Source: Savitreella phatthalungensis (lineage: Eukaryota). Taken from it: a stretch of DNA of 64,000 bases. Below the pieces are notes generated by a model. The model was not told where the DNA came from. It saw nothing but the letters and a program-made list of their open reading frames with translations, and did no database searches. The position numbers and the translations under genes are program-made. The stretch is taken from NCBI GenBank assembly GCA_051599415.1, contig AP039698.1, positions 434,001 to 498,000 of the forward strand, given 5' to 3'. Positions 21,564 through 33,637 of the stretch are shown here, in pieces (position 1 is the first letter of the stretch; each line of letters opens with the position of its first letter).

Positions 21564-22616
21564 TTAGTCTGTGTTGCCTGTCTTGCGGAAATTGCGCAAC
21601 CGTTCGATATCTGCCTGGGCATCTGCACAATCTTGCTCGAGCGCATCGTACTCTGCAAGAGCGCGAAGATATGCAGGCGTCCGCTTAGCTTCGATCTGCT
21701 CGATCTGTCGCCGGAGGATGTCTAGGTGGTCGTCTACTGCGCTCTGTTCCCCGCGGACAGTGTCCATGTCAGACGCTAGTCGGACGGTCCGTTCTGGCGT
21801 GTAGAGTGCCTTGCCAAGTTCCGTGTTAGCAGTGGCAACCCGAATATGCAGAGCCTTGGCCCCTGCCGCGGCAAATCCGAGACGCGCATTCGTCCAGCGT
21901 TCGCCTAGGTCATGGCGCATACGCTCGCTGTAATCGATGTGTGCATGTAGGCTTGCGTCGAGAGCGTCATGTGCATCAAGCAATGCCTCTGGAAGGCGAT
22001 ATTCCATGATGTCCTGGCGCTCTCTCTCCAGCGCGTCCACCTCAGATACTAGATCCGTGCAAAGTTCTTTGCTGACGGCACCCTCTGCCATATGCCACTC
22101 TCTAAGACACTCCTGTAACCGCGTCTCGACCATGTCTCGTAAGATCTCCTTTTTCAGCGCGGCTGCTGCGGTTGAGTCCCGAGGATCATGCTCCTCGTCG
22201 CTGAATAGTCTGTGCACCGCGGCAAATTTCTCGGGATAGAGGTCATGCAAGACTTGCTTCTGCATGCTTCGCAGAAATTGTTCGCGCGCTCTTTGGCGAT
22301 CATTGACATTTGTAGGCGTCTTGGGCCTCAGCAAGGTAGCGATATCTGTGTGCAGCAAGCCTGTTTCTTGTCTACCGGACTCATCAGCTTGATTACCGAC
22401 AGCTAAGGTGTACTCCAGCTCTGCTTGTATGATTTGCAGCCTCGCCAGCCGACCTGCTACGGCTCGCAGCTCATCTGTAGTCTCGTCGATCCCACTGTTT
22501 TTTTGCTCAAGCGCGGCTTTGAGATGAGCGTGTAGTTGCACCACGCGAGGATCCCGGCGCAGAGTCAACGGCAAAGGCTCGAGTCTGAGCTGATACAATG
22601 ACGGCAGCTCCGTCAT
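21564..22616 (-). CDS. Coiled-coil protein, possibly augmin subunit HAUS4-like
   Basis: About 350 aa ORF; the C-terminus LYTPERTVRL...LAEYDALEQDCADAQADIERL resembles the HAUS4 C-terminal pattern (from recall, not searched). The 5' end may have an upstream exon. Confidence 0.55.
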   Translation of the reverse strand: MTELPSLYQLRLEPLPLTLRRDPRVVQLHAHLKAALEQKNSGIDETTDELRAVAGRLARLQIIQAELEYTLAVGNQADESGRQETGLLHTDIATLLRPKTPTNVNDRQRAREQFLRSMQKQVLHDLYPEKFAAVHRLFSDEEHDPRDSTAAAALKKEILRDMVETRLQECLREWHMAEGAVSKELCTDLVSEVDALERERQDIMEYRLPEALLDAHDALDASLHAHIDYSERMRHDLGERWTNARLGFAAAGAKALHIRVATANTELGKALYTPERTVRLASDMDTVRGEQSAVDDHLDILRRQIEQIEAKRTPAYLRALAEYDALEQDCADAQADIERLRNFRKTGNTD

Positions 22617-23283
22617 CGTAGCATCCTGCAAGCAGATGAAAGATAATAAGACGAACGCTTGTATAGAAGACTTGCATCGAGGACCACTATCGTCCTATAT
22701 TTAGAATATCGAGACATGTGAATTTTACAAGCACGTATAGCACAGCACACACGTGCACTTGACTTCCGTAGATGCTAGATCTATTGATGAATGCACAAGT
22801 TGGCACCACCAATATAGCTAGCCTCTTGTCCAACAGCTGAGCTCTTGCGCTGAACGATGTCGACAGTCGATCGCGCCAGCGAATGACATTAATCGACAGC
22901 AGAGCATATCAGACTGGTGCGAATACTTTTGTTCATGCCTATGTCACGCCTGATATCAAGAATATATGCTGGATCTTCTCATCGTCCAGCGTCATTTCCT
23001 GCAGCACGATTGAGTCGGTTGAATCGTGCAAGTCAGGCATATCATGGCCTCGCAGAGCAGCAGACCTGATTGCGCAAACATGCTATTTGACCAACGAGAC
23101 GCAGAGTCTACATCCCCACAAACACATTTGACGTCATGGCTCCACCTCGTACTCAAGAATGATAATTTTCCGATGAATTTAGTGGGTGCGAATGACAAAG
23201 CAGCCTCGCTTACTGAAGATATATAAGATGTGAAGACTAGAAGACTAGTTGTTGTAGTTCCGTCGGAATACCTGGAGGAAAGG

Positions 23284-24039
23284 ATGTTGCAAGTCGGCTT
23301 GAATACCGCCAAGTGGCTAGCTCCTGCAAGCTGGCTGTTCAATTTTGCTTGCCAGCAGTATGGCATGAACAGCTCCCCGAACATGAAAGACATTGCGGAC
23401 CGAAATCACTCGTTCTTCTCCCCGCAGCCGTTCTTCATCGCTGGTTTCTTCTTCCCCCAAACGATCATTCAACTTTGCTGGCTCTACCGGCTCGTGCGTC
23501 TTCCTAATACGGTGGCGAGCGAATCCGATGAGGCAGTCAAGTACTCGGGCGTGTATGCGCTCGGCAATGTGGCGATTGGCGTTTGGATGATTTTCTGGAA
23601 CAACTCGCGCTTGGATTTGAGCAATGCTTGCGTTATCGTGAACTCCCTCTCTCAGCTCTACTACGTTGCCAATCTGCTACCGCCTGCCTCGCGTGACAAT
23701 TGGTTGACCCACGTTGTCGCGAAGATGTTTGCTGGTATCGGTCTGCTTGACTTGGTTGACAACACGTCATCTTGGCTGTATCCTGGCGTTCGCAGCCCAC
23801 CGCATTTTGGTCTCACATCGGTCGCGACAGCAGTCGTGTCGACTGGAGTCGCTGCTGTCAGCGATCCGATCATGGCAGCTTGCACGGCGTACGATCTACT
23901 AGCTCTTGCCCAAGGTCAGATCGCCGGCAGCGACTGGCAGAAGGTGCTGTACGCCTTGACTGCCGTCACCTCAGTCATCTCGGCATCCAAGTGGTATGCA
24001 GCACGAGGCTTCGTCGCAGACATTTGGCGCTCGTTGTAA
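23284..24039 (+). CDS. Conserved fungal multi-pass membrane protein of unknown function
   Basis: About 250 aa with ~7 hydrophobic segments and motif FSPQPFFIAGFFFPQ...Q..WL. Confidence 0.7.
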   Translation: MLQVGLNTAKWLAPASWLFNFACQQYGMNSSPNMKDIADRNHSFFSPQPFFIAGFFFPQTIIQLCWLYRLVRLPNTVASESDEAVKYSGVYALGNVAIGVWMIFWNNSRLDLSNACVIVNSLSQLYYVANLLPPASRDNWLTHVVAKMFAGIGLLDLVDNTSSWLYPGVRSPPHFGLTSVATAVVSTGVAAVSDPIMAACTAYDLLALAQGQIAGSDWQKVLYALTAVTSVISASKWYAARGFVADIWRSL

Positions 24040-24236
24040 GTGTCATTACTCGTCAATCTCATCGCGTAACTAGGAGGAGAAATCAGTGTTGCAATTCTGT
24101 AGTTCAAGGATGACGATCACGAATCGCGCATTGCAACGTTCGTACCACGGACGTGCGTCTTCAGAGGATGAATCGCGTTAATCGAGCTATGTGTGGCTGT
24201 CTGCACAGTGAAAGAGATTGGAAGAAGAGATGCGGC

Positions 24237-26597
24237 TTAACCACGCTGAGCGGCCTTGGCAGCCATGAGGTTAAGAGCTGAACCAGCCTTGAACCAGGAA
24301 ATCTGCAGGTCGTTGAAGGTGTGGTTGAGCTCGGTCTTCCATGCGGCTGAGCCGTCAGCTGGGTGCACCTGCAGAGTCAAAGGCTTGCCAACGGCAAAGC
24401 TGGTGAGGCCAAGGATGTCGACCTTGTCACGAGGTGTAATCTTGTCGTAGGCTGAGGGGTCGGCGAACGTGAGCGGCAGGAGACCCTGCTTCTTCAAGTT
24501 GGTCTCGTGGATACGAGCAAACGATTTTGTGATGATGGCGAAGCCTCCGAGGTAACGTGGCTCAAGAGCTGCGTGCTCACGGGAAGAGCCCTCGCCGAGG
24601 TTCTCCTCACCAATGACGACCCAAGGGACACCATTGTCACGGTGAGCCTGTGCGACGGTAGGAACCTTGTCGAACTTGTCAGAGTATGGGTTGTAGATCG
24701 AGTTCGCTTCACCGTTCTCAGCGTTAATGGCGCCGATCATGTAGTTCTGCGAAATGTTCTGCAGGTGGCCACGGTACTTGAGCCATGGGCCGGCGGCCGA
24801 GATGTGGTCGGTGGTGCACTTGCCCTTGGCCTTGATGAGGACTGGCAGGCCCTCGGCATCCTTGCCATTCCACTTCTTGAAGGGGCTAAGAAGCTGGAGA
24901 CGGTCAGATGAAGGCGAGACCTGCACCTGAACGGACGAGCGGTCGGACGGCGGCGGCTGGTACGTGTTGACACCAGCGTCGAAGCCCTGTCCGGGCAGTC
25001 CATCGCCTGAGGGCTCCTTCAGCTTGAACTCCTTGCCGTCAGCGCCCTTGAGCGTGTCGGTGAGAGGGTTGAAAGTGAGCGAGCCACCGAAAGCCATGGC
25101 TGTCACGAGGTCAGGCGAGGCGACGAAAGAGTGGGTCTTGGGGTTTCCATCGTTACGTCCGGTGAAGTTGCGGTTGTAAGACGAGATGATGGAGTTTGGC
25201 TCGCCCTTTGGCACGTCAGTACGGTTCCACTGTCCGATGCAAGGTCCGCAAGCATTGGCGAGAACCATGCCGCCGGCCTTCTCGAACGTCTCAAGCTGGC
25301 CGTCACGCTCAATGGTGGCACGAATCTGCTCAGATCCTGGGGTAACAGTGTAGAGGGACTTGAACTTGAGGCCGTGCTCAGCGGCATCGCGCACGATCGA
25401 GGCCGAACGGTTCATGTCCTCGTAGGAGGAATTGGTGCAGGAGCCGATGAGACCGACCTTGAGGTCGAGTGGCCAGTTGTTCTGCTTAGCAGTCTCAGCA
25501 AACTTCGAGATTGGAGTAGCAAGATCCGGTGTGAATGGACCGTTGATGTGTGGCTCGAGCTTGTCAAGGTCGATCTCGATGACCTGGTCGTACTCGCAGC
25601 CCTCGTCGGCCTTGAGGTAGTTTCCGAAAGCCTTGGCGTAGTTGGCAATGTTGGTACGCTTCGTTGAGCGCAAGTACTCAGCCATACGCTCGTTGAAGGG
25701 GAAGACGGAAGTAGTAGCGCCGATTTCGGCACCCATGTTGCAGACGGTTCCCATGCCGGTGCACGAGAGAGACTCAACTCCAGGACCGAAGTACTCGACA
25801 ATGAAACCCGTTCCACCCTTGACAGTAAGGATACCGGCAACCTTAAGAATGACGTCCTTGGGCGAAGTCCAGCCTGAGAGCTTGCCAGTAAGCTTGACTC
25901 CGAGAACCTTGGGGCACTTGAGCTCCCAAGGAATGTCAGCCATGACATCGACAGCGTCAGCACCACCAACGCCGATGGCAATCATGCCGAGACCTCCGGC
26001 GTTAGGGGTGTGAGAGTCAGTGCCGATCATGAGACCACCTGGGAAGGCGTAGTTCTCGAGGACAATCTGGTGGATGATACCAGATCCAGGCTTCCAGAAA
26101 CCGACGTTGTACTTTGCCGAAGACGAGGAAAGGAAATCGTAGACCTCCTTGTTGATGTCGTTTGCCTTGGCCAGGTCCTTTGGTCCGCCAACTTGTGCCT
26201 CAATCAAGTGGTCACAGTGAACGGTGGTTGGCACGGCGACCTGGGGAAGGCCTGCGGACATGAACTGGAGAATGGCCATCTGTGCGGTAGCGTCCTGGCA
26301 AGCAACGCGGTCTGGACGCAGCTTGAGGTATGTGACACCGCGCTCGATCTCCTGGTTCTCAGCATCGTCAAGGTGACCGTAGACAAGCTTCTCGGAGTAA
26401 GTGAGAGGCCTGTTGAGACGACGCTTGACGATGTCGACGTTCTGCTGAATACGCTTGTAGTTCACGAACTTGTTGTTCTCGTGAATTGACATGGGGACTT
26501 GCGTGGAAGCAATGTCATCGACCTGCGTGGCCAGCGACCTGCGCGAGGCCGCAGCCTTGAGACTGCGAGTCAGATTTGCAGCCCTTGCACCCTGCAT
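24237..26597 (-). CDS. ACO1: Mitochondrial aconitate hydratase
   Basis: [56 protein letters not shown]. Confidence 0.98.
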   Translation of the reverse strand: MQGARAANLTRSLKAAASRRSLATQVDDIASTQVPMSIHENNKFVNYKRIQQNVDIVKRRLNRPLTYSEKLVYGHLDDAENQEIERGVTYLKLRPDRVACQDATAQMAILQFMSAGLPQVAVPTTVHCDHLIEAQVGGPKDLAKANDINKEVYDFLSSSSAKYNVGFWKPGSGIIHQIVLENYAFPGGLMIGTDSHTPNAGGLGMIAIGVGGADAVDVMADIPWELKCPKVLGVKLTGKLSGWTSPKDVILKVAGILTVKGGTGFIVEYFGPGVESLSCTGMGTVCNMGAEIGATTSVFPFNERMAEYLRSTKRTNIANYAKAFGNYLKADEGCEYDQVIEIDLDKLEPHINGPFTPDLATPISKFAETAKQNNWPLDLKVGLIGSCTNSSYEDMNRSASIVRDAAEHGLKFKSLYTVTPGSEQIRATIERDGQLETFEKAGGMVLANACGPCIGQWNRTDVPKGEPNSIISSYNRNFTGRNDGNPKTHSFVASPDLVTAMAFGGSLTFNPLTDTLKGADGKEFKLKEPSGDGLPGQGFDAGVNTYQPPPSDRSSVQVQVSPSSDRLQLLSPFKKWNGKDAEGLPVLIKAKGKCTTDHISAAGPWLKYRGHLQNISQNYMIGAINAENGEANSIYNPYSDKFDKVPTVAQAHRDNGVPWVVIGEENLGEGSSREHAALEPRYLGGFAIITKSFARIHETNLKKQGLLPLTFADPSAYDKITPRDKVDILGLTSFAVGKPLTLQVHPADGSAAWKTELNHTFNDLQISWFKAGSALNLMAAKAAQRG

Positions 26598-28305
26598 GAT
26601 GGAGAAAGTCTGTGAAGAGGAAAGATCGCACTGTTCGTCGACTTTTTTTGAGAGCTGGAGGAGGAATTGTTCGTGCTGTCAGAGATGGAACTCCTAGCAA
26701 GCAGGTGGTGTCGTCGTCCGAGAGGTGTCACTCGCGAGAGAAACTTGGTGGTGGTGGTTGTCGTTGTTGCAATTGCAGTTGCGGTTGCTCACCAGTGTGA
26801 ATGTGTGAATGAGAGAGTGGAATCCCCGGTAGCCTAGTGCTAGCTCGCTTTCCGCAGCCTTCCTGCCTGGTCCAGACGGTGATTGATGGTGCTCTTCCAG
26901 TCTGGAGAAATACCTTGACTAGCTCTGAATCAGGGAAGCTTTGATTATTATTGATTATCTCTTTAATTAAGACATAGAAGGCGAAGGATAGAATAGATTA
27001 ATGATAGAAAGGAAGAGTTGCAGAGTAATAGCAGAAGTACGTTGGATATATAAAAGGAAATTCGAGAATGAATAATTCTCTGTGAAACAAGGGAAAAAAG
27101 GTTGGAAAGTTATTTCTCCTCGGCTCCTCATTTTCCCGAATCACCTTTTAGGGGCATGCAGAAGCAGTTGACTATGCACCTTCTCCACCTCGACACATGT
27201 CAGGCTGGATCGAAATGGACGTTGACAATAATTCCATCTGGAAAGTGAGAAATTTAATAGGCTAATTGCACAGACACTACAATGATCAATCAAACTTCTT
27301 ACATCGGATTCAATATTCGCTGACCTCGACTGTATTGAAATCCGTGCCATGACCGTAGGGATTAAAACGGTCTAAATGATTTATATAGCTTGGTGCTGAT
27401 TGGATAAATGGTTCGTCTTCTTCGACCGACTCGAGCATACTGTGGAGAATTGACTATAAGTGCTCTCTCATTGGCCGAATCATCTTCCGACTTCCCCGAA
27501 CGCAGCCGAACCAATTCTAGCCACAGTCTTTACTTCTGTTCCAATGCACGTTGATCACATTGATGTACTTCCTACTGGTATGCCACTCGATATGTTGCCA
27601 CCGCGTTACCGAGGCATGATCGGTTCATGACGCCCTCCCTTTCATGCTGCAGCTGGAATGGCATTGCGCTCTGGTTGATCAAATGGATCGCTGTCGATTG
27701 AGGCAGCGTGGGAGTCCAAGCTGTTCATGTGCACCGACCCTCGCAAAGGCTCGCACACGGATGGTGATTGTAGCACAGCAATCTGTTTTTGCGACAAACG
27801 GGTGGCTCGATATGTATATGCGCTGCATGTCACTCGATTCTCATGACTCGATTCTCATGACAGCGTATAAACTCGGGCGACCATTGCAGCAGATGAACAC
27901 GTGCTTTATGCCCTCGGATGCATGATTGATGGCTATGCCTTATATGCATATGGTCGTTTCTTCCAAAATTGTATGCTCTCTTACACTCTCTATAGATTTT
28001 ACGTTCATGAATCAGAGGAAGTAAATCTGGAACTTTGTACAGATATTTGTCGTTGACCATAGATCAATTTCGTCCGTTCTCCTGCATGTGAATTCATTAC
28101 GTACGAGTATCTTGCACGTAGGGTCAAAATCACCAGGTAGTTTTCAACCACAGCGTCACTCGCGCTCAACTGTGAGCTCATTCACGGGTCTATACTTGAT
28201 CATTGTAGAAGGACAGCTATTAGCTCGGCGTTATCAAGAACAGACTAAGTCTCGGCAGAATCTACGGACTTTCACCGCCGAAGTAAACATCTCATCGAGC
28301 GATCA

Positions 28306-28605
28306 ATGGACAGAGCTTCTCGGGAACGCTGCTGGCAAGGCAGAGATAAGTTCTTTGCATGTCTCGATAAGCATGGTATTCTGGACCCGTTGAATAAGCA
28401 GAAGGATGCGGCCGATGCTTCATGCGCGCTCGAAAAGCGGCAGTTCGAGGACGGCTGCGTCGCCACCTGGGTAGATTACTTTTGCAAGAAGCGTCTCATG
28501 GAAATGCAGCGAGAGAAGATGATTGCGGATGCAAAGGCGAGGGGCGTACAGATTCTCGGACCTGAAGATGTTCGGCATCCAGGCGGCAAAGGACAATCTG
28601 CATGA
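28306..28605 (+). CDS. COA6: Cytochrome c oxidase assembly factor 6 (COX6B family)
   Basis: R.RCWQGRDKFFACLD ... C(x10)C..TWVDYF twin-Cys pattern. A short upstream exon is possible. Confidence 0.85.
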   Translation: MDRASRERCWQGRDKFFACLDKHGILDPLNKQKDAADASCALEKRQFEDGCVATWVDYFCKKRLMEMQREKMIADAKARGVQILGPEDVRHPGGKGQSA

Positions 28606-28741
28606 TCCCTCTTCTTGCGCAGTTTCTGCTCGCCTCTCGCGGCATGCGACAGAATTCCAAGCTGCCACGCCGAGTAACATCCATGACACAACGACCACCA
28701 ATGCATATTTCAATTCAGTTCAGCATAACATCATATCGTCA

Positions 28742-30220
28742 TTACGTTAAGCGACCTCGATACCTGGCCAGGACGCTCTCTTCGAGTTGTTGCTTCAGAG
28801 CAAAAACTTGGCTCGAATCCGGCCAAACGGGCTTGGCTCTGTGACCTTCGATTCGTCGCTGCCAATCGTAAAGCAGCTCTACATCACCGCCCTCCCACAT
28901 TCCGAGAGCAAACATGGCAATCAGGCGGTGAGAAGGAGCTGGATTGTACCGCTCGAGCGCATAATTCATCCATCTCTCCATGTCCTCGTGACGTTCCTCT
29001 GCCAACAGACACGACATCGTGAACTGTAGAGTCCTGTCATCGATCGCAGGTCGTCCTGGAGACTCGAAGTGCCGCGCCACACAGGCCTCCATCGTGAGGA
29101 GGAGCAAGTCGATGGGTCGGCGACCTTGCCACATGCTTACATGTCCAGCAGCGATGCATGCCCGCGAGAGACTTCTCACGATGCTCGCATCCACGATTGG
29201 AGCGAGGTCGACATTGTCCGCAGATCCTTGAGCATTATTTCGATGTAGCATGTGTGGGATCAATCGGTTGAGATATTCCGCGTGGGTCTGTATATCGAGG
29301 AGATTCTGCTCACAAGCCTGTGTCAAGCCGTCGATCAGGACACGGTAGTGTCTGAGTGCCGGGCCCGAACTGCGCGTGTAAAGGTCGCTGCGAGAATCTT
29401 CGACGAGCCCTATGGCTTCGTCTGTGCGAGAAGTGCGAGTCAGGTGAAGCATGTAGTGAGCCCAGCTCGAGCCGCTGATGGTCATATTTCGCGACCGAGC
29501 GATATCCATAAGCGAGTCCATGTCATTGATTGCATGTTTGACCGCATGTCTTGTCAATTCGAGCAGAAGCGTCTTAGTGAGCAGGAGCCGACCATCAAAT
29601 ACCCGACGCACAACGTCGGCATAGTGGTCATAAGGAAGTGCTTTCATTCGTTCGGACCAGACCTCTGAAGAGGTAGAGTTCACTGGTTGTTCAGTCGCAT
29701 ATCCTAGTCGGGCAAGACGCTCGGAATGGGTGACGGAGAGCATGCGGACAGCTGCAGCCGACAGAATGAGCTTGCGTTCTTCGAGGATGTCAAGCAGCCG
29801 CACTTGAGCGTGTACCGCCTGTGGTCTACTTCCGAAGCGCGCTGCTGCCCGAAGCAAGGCATCAAGTGCATTGGGTGTCAGTGATTGACTGAGGCCTGCA
29901 ATCTTCATGAGAACAGCGTCTATTTGTGAGTTGCGTAGGATGGCAGCCTGAAGGAGAAACCGTAGGGCTTGTCCTTGGCACTGAAGATCCATATCGGAGG
30001 CGGTGTGTGCATACACGGTCATCAGATCTGTCATGCCATCCTGAGAGAGTCGACCCCTGCGAAGCGCCTCAATGGCATCCCGCGAACGCACGACTGGCAG
30101 GAAGCCATGTTCCTGAGCGGCGTCATGCGCGAGCGTCGCTGTCGTCTGAGCTCTAGCTGCCGTCCAATGCCCCGAGCAGACAAGGAAATTGGTGGTTCGC
30201 CTGGCGAGTTGTGTATTCAT
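28742..30220 (-). CDS. Helical-repeat (PPR-like) putative mitochondrial protein
   Basis: About 490 aa all-helical ORF with an Arg/Ala-rich N-terminus and PPR-like segments (SWAHYMLHLTRTSRTDEAIGLVE, HYRVLIDGL). Confidence 0.55.
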   Translation of the reverse strand: MNTQLARRTTNFLVCSGHWTAARAQTTATLAHDAAQEHGFLPVVRSRDAIEALRRGRLSQDGMTDLMTVYAHTASDMDLQCQGQALRFLLQAAILRNSQIDAVLMKIAGLSQSLTPNALDALLRAAARFGSRPQAVHAQVRLLDILEERKLILSAAAVRMLSVTHSERLARLGYATEQPVNSTSSEVWSERMKALPYDHYADVVRRVFDGRLLLTKTLLLELTRHAVKHAINDMDSLMDIARSRNMTISGSSWAHYMLHLTRTSRTDEAIGLVEDSRSDLYTRSSGPALRHYRVLIDGLTQACEQNLLDIQTHAEYLNRLIPHMLHRNNAQGSADNVDLAPIVDASIVRSLSRACIAAGHVSMWQGRRPIDLLLLTMEACVARHFESPGRPAIDDRTLQFTMSCLLAEERHEDMERWMNYALERYNPAPSHRLIAMFALGMWEGGDVELLYDWQRRIEGHRAKPVWPDSSQVFALKQQLEESVLARYRGRLT

Positions 30221-31297
30221 CCCTGCTGCCACATTTTTTGTCCAGTTGATCAGTCTTTGTGGCTCACGTTCGACAAAGAAGACCGAATTCGTGGGAGGGA
30301 GGCACAGAGCCTGAAGGAAGATTGCTACCAAGGTCGAACACTATCTGGCGCGTATCTTTGAAGCTTGTACCTATGCTCCGGCGATGCATGAAATTAAACG
30401 CTGGACTATATCGTGCATCGTGTGGAGCTTTCAAAGGCGGCAGTAAAGTCAAATAAGCTGCAGGGTGATCAAGAAGGACTTGACTTGCTTCTAATGGATG
30501 GACTTGAATTTCCCAATCAATTTGCATAAGGTGAGTTACAGGAGAAAGAGGACACTTTCACATTGGATTGCCTTAAATCAGCACTCTTCGACCCCCATCA
30601 GTATATGGACACCCAGTAGTTATTTATCATCTCGACCATTTGATTATAGTTTGAGAAATCGCAAATAAGGCTTTCCTCTCAAGAGTCTCATCAAGATCAA
30701 TAACGTCAAAGTGATTTTGTCAACCACCCTCACCAGCCTCATGTGGCTGATACCTCAGGTTCTCTTTATATAAAAGATTGTTGTTGTAGCTGATAGTCAA
30801 CTACTCGCTCCATCACATAAACTCCCGTGTTACAGATTTGCGTACTGATTCAAGCTGTCGAACACTGATTTCATCATTGAACGTGTACACTCTCTGACAA
30901 ATTCGGCAAAGAGTTCCGACGTTTGAGTCCACCTCACGATCGATTCGATGAACAATATATACTCGATCTCTATCTAGACAGTTCATTGAACATTGTAGTC
31001 CGTACAGATGGAACTCTGGGTACGCCGATGGGTTTAGACATGAGAATGCTCCCTGATGTGCTTATGCTCTTTGCTGAAGCTGGGTGCAGTCGATGCGACC
31101 AATACACGTGCAAGTTATGGGCGTATGTCAGTGAGAGCTGTGAATAATGATCACGTCTAAAGCTAAAGACAACTCGAACTGATCTGATTGGTCGGATTTG
31201 CATGTAAATTTAGCTCAGAAAAGGTTAAGGATTTCGAGTGATCACAACGTCAGGGTGGTGATTGTGAGTCAATTGAGGGACTCTTACACGACTCTAC

Positions 31298-31855
31298 CTA
31301 TCTGCTGCTGCGAGTGGCCGGTGTCGTAGATGGCAACTGAGTCCGTTGGGATGATAGGCTAGCAGGCGTCGCAGATGGTGCGGTTGCAGGCGACTCCGGA
31401 AGTTCCTTGTGCGGAGATATCGCTTGGTTGCACGGCTTCCACGGGTCAGAGGATCCTCGCTGTTTGTACACGACCAGACCCCAACAGGGAATAAATTGCG
31501 TCCATTCCGTCCATCCCGGCACGACTACTTGCCACTCATCTGGACTGAGCTCACCTGGGAGCGTACCGACCGCCACTGTGAGTCCGGCGAGTCCATCATT
31601 TTTAATGGAGTCAGGCTTTAAACAAGTCTTCTGTTGCGCCTCCCATAACAGGCCAAGATCATCAAGCTGAAGTTTTCCATCAGTGAAAGTCTGTTTAACC
31701 GTGTCTTCATAGAACGTCTTGAGATATCCACAAGTTGCTCCCCCGGCATCGACTGAAAACCATTGCTCGAAGATGCCAACAGGAGGGTGCAAAGGCGCGT
31801 CTGTATCTTGTGCCCATGTATGGGAACACACCACGAAGAGAAGCAGCGCAAACAT
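31298..31855 (-). CDS. Small secreted protein (effector-like)
   Basis: Signal peptide MFALLLFVVCSHTWA/Q, 4 Cys in the mature part, S/T/P-rich tail; 185 aa. Confidence 0.6.
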   Translation of the reverse strand: MFALLLFVVCSHTWAQDTDAPLHPPVGIFEQWFSVDAGGATCGYLKTFYEDTVKQTFTDGKLQLDDLGLLWEAQQKTCLKPDSIKNDGLAGLTVAVGTLPGELSPDEWQVVVPGWTEWTQFIPCWGLVVYKQRGSSDPWKPCNQAISPHKELPESPATAPSATPASLSSQRTQLPSTTPATRSSR

Positions 31856-32122
31856 CCTCAAGCTTGTTACTGTGTCGGTCTCGACGGCTTGTACACGCTG
31901 TCGAAGCGACCTTACATTCCTTAACGATGGGACCTCTCGCGATGTAACGAGCGAAGTTGAAGCGTGACCATCGGAAGACGGGAGTCACATGGCACTGCCG
32001 ATCGCTCACGAGTCACGCAAACATATTTGTTGCAAATACATCAAATGTCCTGCCACCACCTGACCACGAAATCTGGGATTCTGAAGATGTGCTGACATGA
32101 GGCAAACGAACAATTTCAAAGG

Positions 32123-32671
32123 ATGATCTGCCTGAACAAGGTACTCTTCGGAGGATCGCTTGGCTGGCAGCTTGCTGATTGGCCCTTCAGTACACGCAAC
32201 GCCGACGTTCACGGCAGTACTTCCCTCGGCGCCGGTTCCATCACTGGCGAGCGGACGCTCATTCTGGCGGGAGAACTCCCCAATGAAGAACGCGCTTTTG
32301 CCTCAGCATTCAACAATGCCACAACGGCACAGCTTGACCTGACCAGCTTTGCAGGAGTGGCCATCGACATCAGCGATCTCCACGGAGCCTACTGGGGTAC
32401 GAGTCTTGGTAGCAAGGATTTCCCCGACTGGCTTTGGCGTGCTCGCTTTCACGTGTCGCAGGGTGTCCCATCAAGAATGGAGCTCAAATGGAAGGACTTC
32501 AAACCAGTGGCCGCCAGGGCTAGCGCTTACCCGCCTGAGCAGCAGCCGAAACACGAGGATAGCATCGATCCAAGCGCTATCTCGTACGTCAGCATTGCAT
32601 TCATGCCACTGGCGCCTGTCGACATGCAGAACTTCAGCATCGCTATCCGCGCGATCGAGGCTATCTGCTGA
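32123..32671 (+). CDS. CIA30/CBM11-like beta-sandwich protein
   Basis: LDLTSFAGVAIDI, W.ARF, ELKWKDFKPV, IDPSAISYVSI, FSIAIRAIEAI match the CIA30-domain pattern. Confidence 0.6.
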   Translation: MICLNKVLFGGSLGWQLADWPFSTRNADVHGSTSLGAGSITGERTLILAGELPNEERAFASAFNNATTAQLDLTSFAGVAIDISDLHGAYWGTSLGSKDFPDWLWRARFHVSQGVPSRMELKWKDFKPVAARASAYPPEQQPKHEDSIDPSAISYVSIAFMPLAPVDMQNFSIAIRAIEAIC

Positions 32672-32866
32672 TAGGTCCAATCGGCGAGCTAATGAGAACA
32701 TGCATCGGCTTCGAGGATGCCATTGATACTCTTCATCAAACGCTGTCCGAGCACGCGATCGTGCGAGGAATGTAGGCTTTCGATTCGCAGTTTAAAATTG
32801 ATTTAGATGACCCTCATCGTCGAGTACTTCTTCTGCGGTTGATGCGCAGATCTTTGTGCGCTTTCC

Positions 32867-33508
32867 ATGGCACCCTTTCCTCTGAGTACGAGGCAGGCGT
32901 GTTCAGATGTCGTCCTTCTTGGTGGATCGGCCGGATGGCACGCCGCCGAGTGGAAAGTCTGGGTCACGGATGCATTTGAGCCCGCCAGACTGCAGATTTC
33001 TACACGCGATGGGTTCACTATATCGTCAGCTGTGCAGACAAACGATACAGCAAAGGTCAATGCAGCTCGTGACTCTTCCGGTGATGCATTCCTGTCATGG
33101 TACCCTCCGAAGCAACCGTGGCAACTGACAACCCATATCGGCGTTGCATTCGAGCTGACGCAGGCGTCAGGACATCGAACGTGGGGCATCGATATGGCTG
33201 GTGTTACAGCGACGGGCGACGATGCACTCTGGCGATGGACTTTCGAACCAGACTTTCCGGGATCAGGAACGAGCACTGCAACGTATGTTGCGGCATTTCA
33301 CGACTTTGTCTACCAGTCAGGAAATTCGTCGACTCGGCATCCGGGAGTTGGGATGCCGCAGACACCTGATCCAGCGTCTATTGTTGACACTCTAGCATCC
33401 GTCAGCATGCTCGGTATTGATGCTTTGGGACGAGAACAGCCCGCTGACGCTGCAAAGGACTTCGTTCTCCAGCTCGTACAGATAACGGCAATCTGTACCA
33501 TGCCCTAG
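32867..33508 (+). CDS. Diverged tandem paralog of the CIA30-like protein
   Basis: Shares VL(F/L)GGS.GW...(D/E)W, GVA, WG, LWR..F, DF, DP, F...I.AIC* with 32123-32671. Confidence 0.55.
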   Translation: MAPFPLSTRQACSDVVLLGGSAGWHAAEWKVWVTDAFEPARLQISTRDGFTISSAVQTNDTAKVNAARDSSGDAFLSWYPPKQPWQLTTHIGVAFELTQASGHRTWGIDMAGVTATGDDALWRWTFEPDFPGSGTSTATYVAAFHDFVYQSGNSSTRHPGVGMPQTPDPASIVDTLASVSMLGIDALGREQPADAAKDFVLQLVQITAICTMP

Positions 33509-33637
33509 ACGTCAGAACCTAGAGTCTCGTCGATAGATGCAATGGAACGTGTCGAATGATGAACTGTGCAACCGATGCCTATATACTATGCCGAACACAA
33601 GTAAGAACAATTGGGCCTTGACACCGTCGTGCTTGTC

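Noticed and set aside
27832..27861. 14-bp tandem duplication ACTCGATTCTCATG x2
   Set aside because: Ordinary slippage repeat with no further structure.
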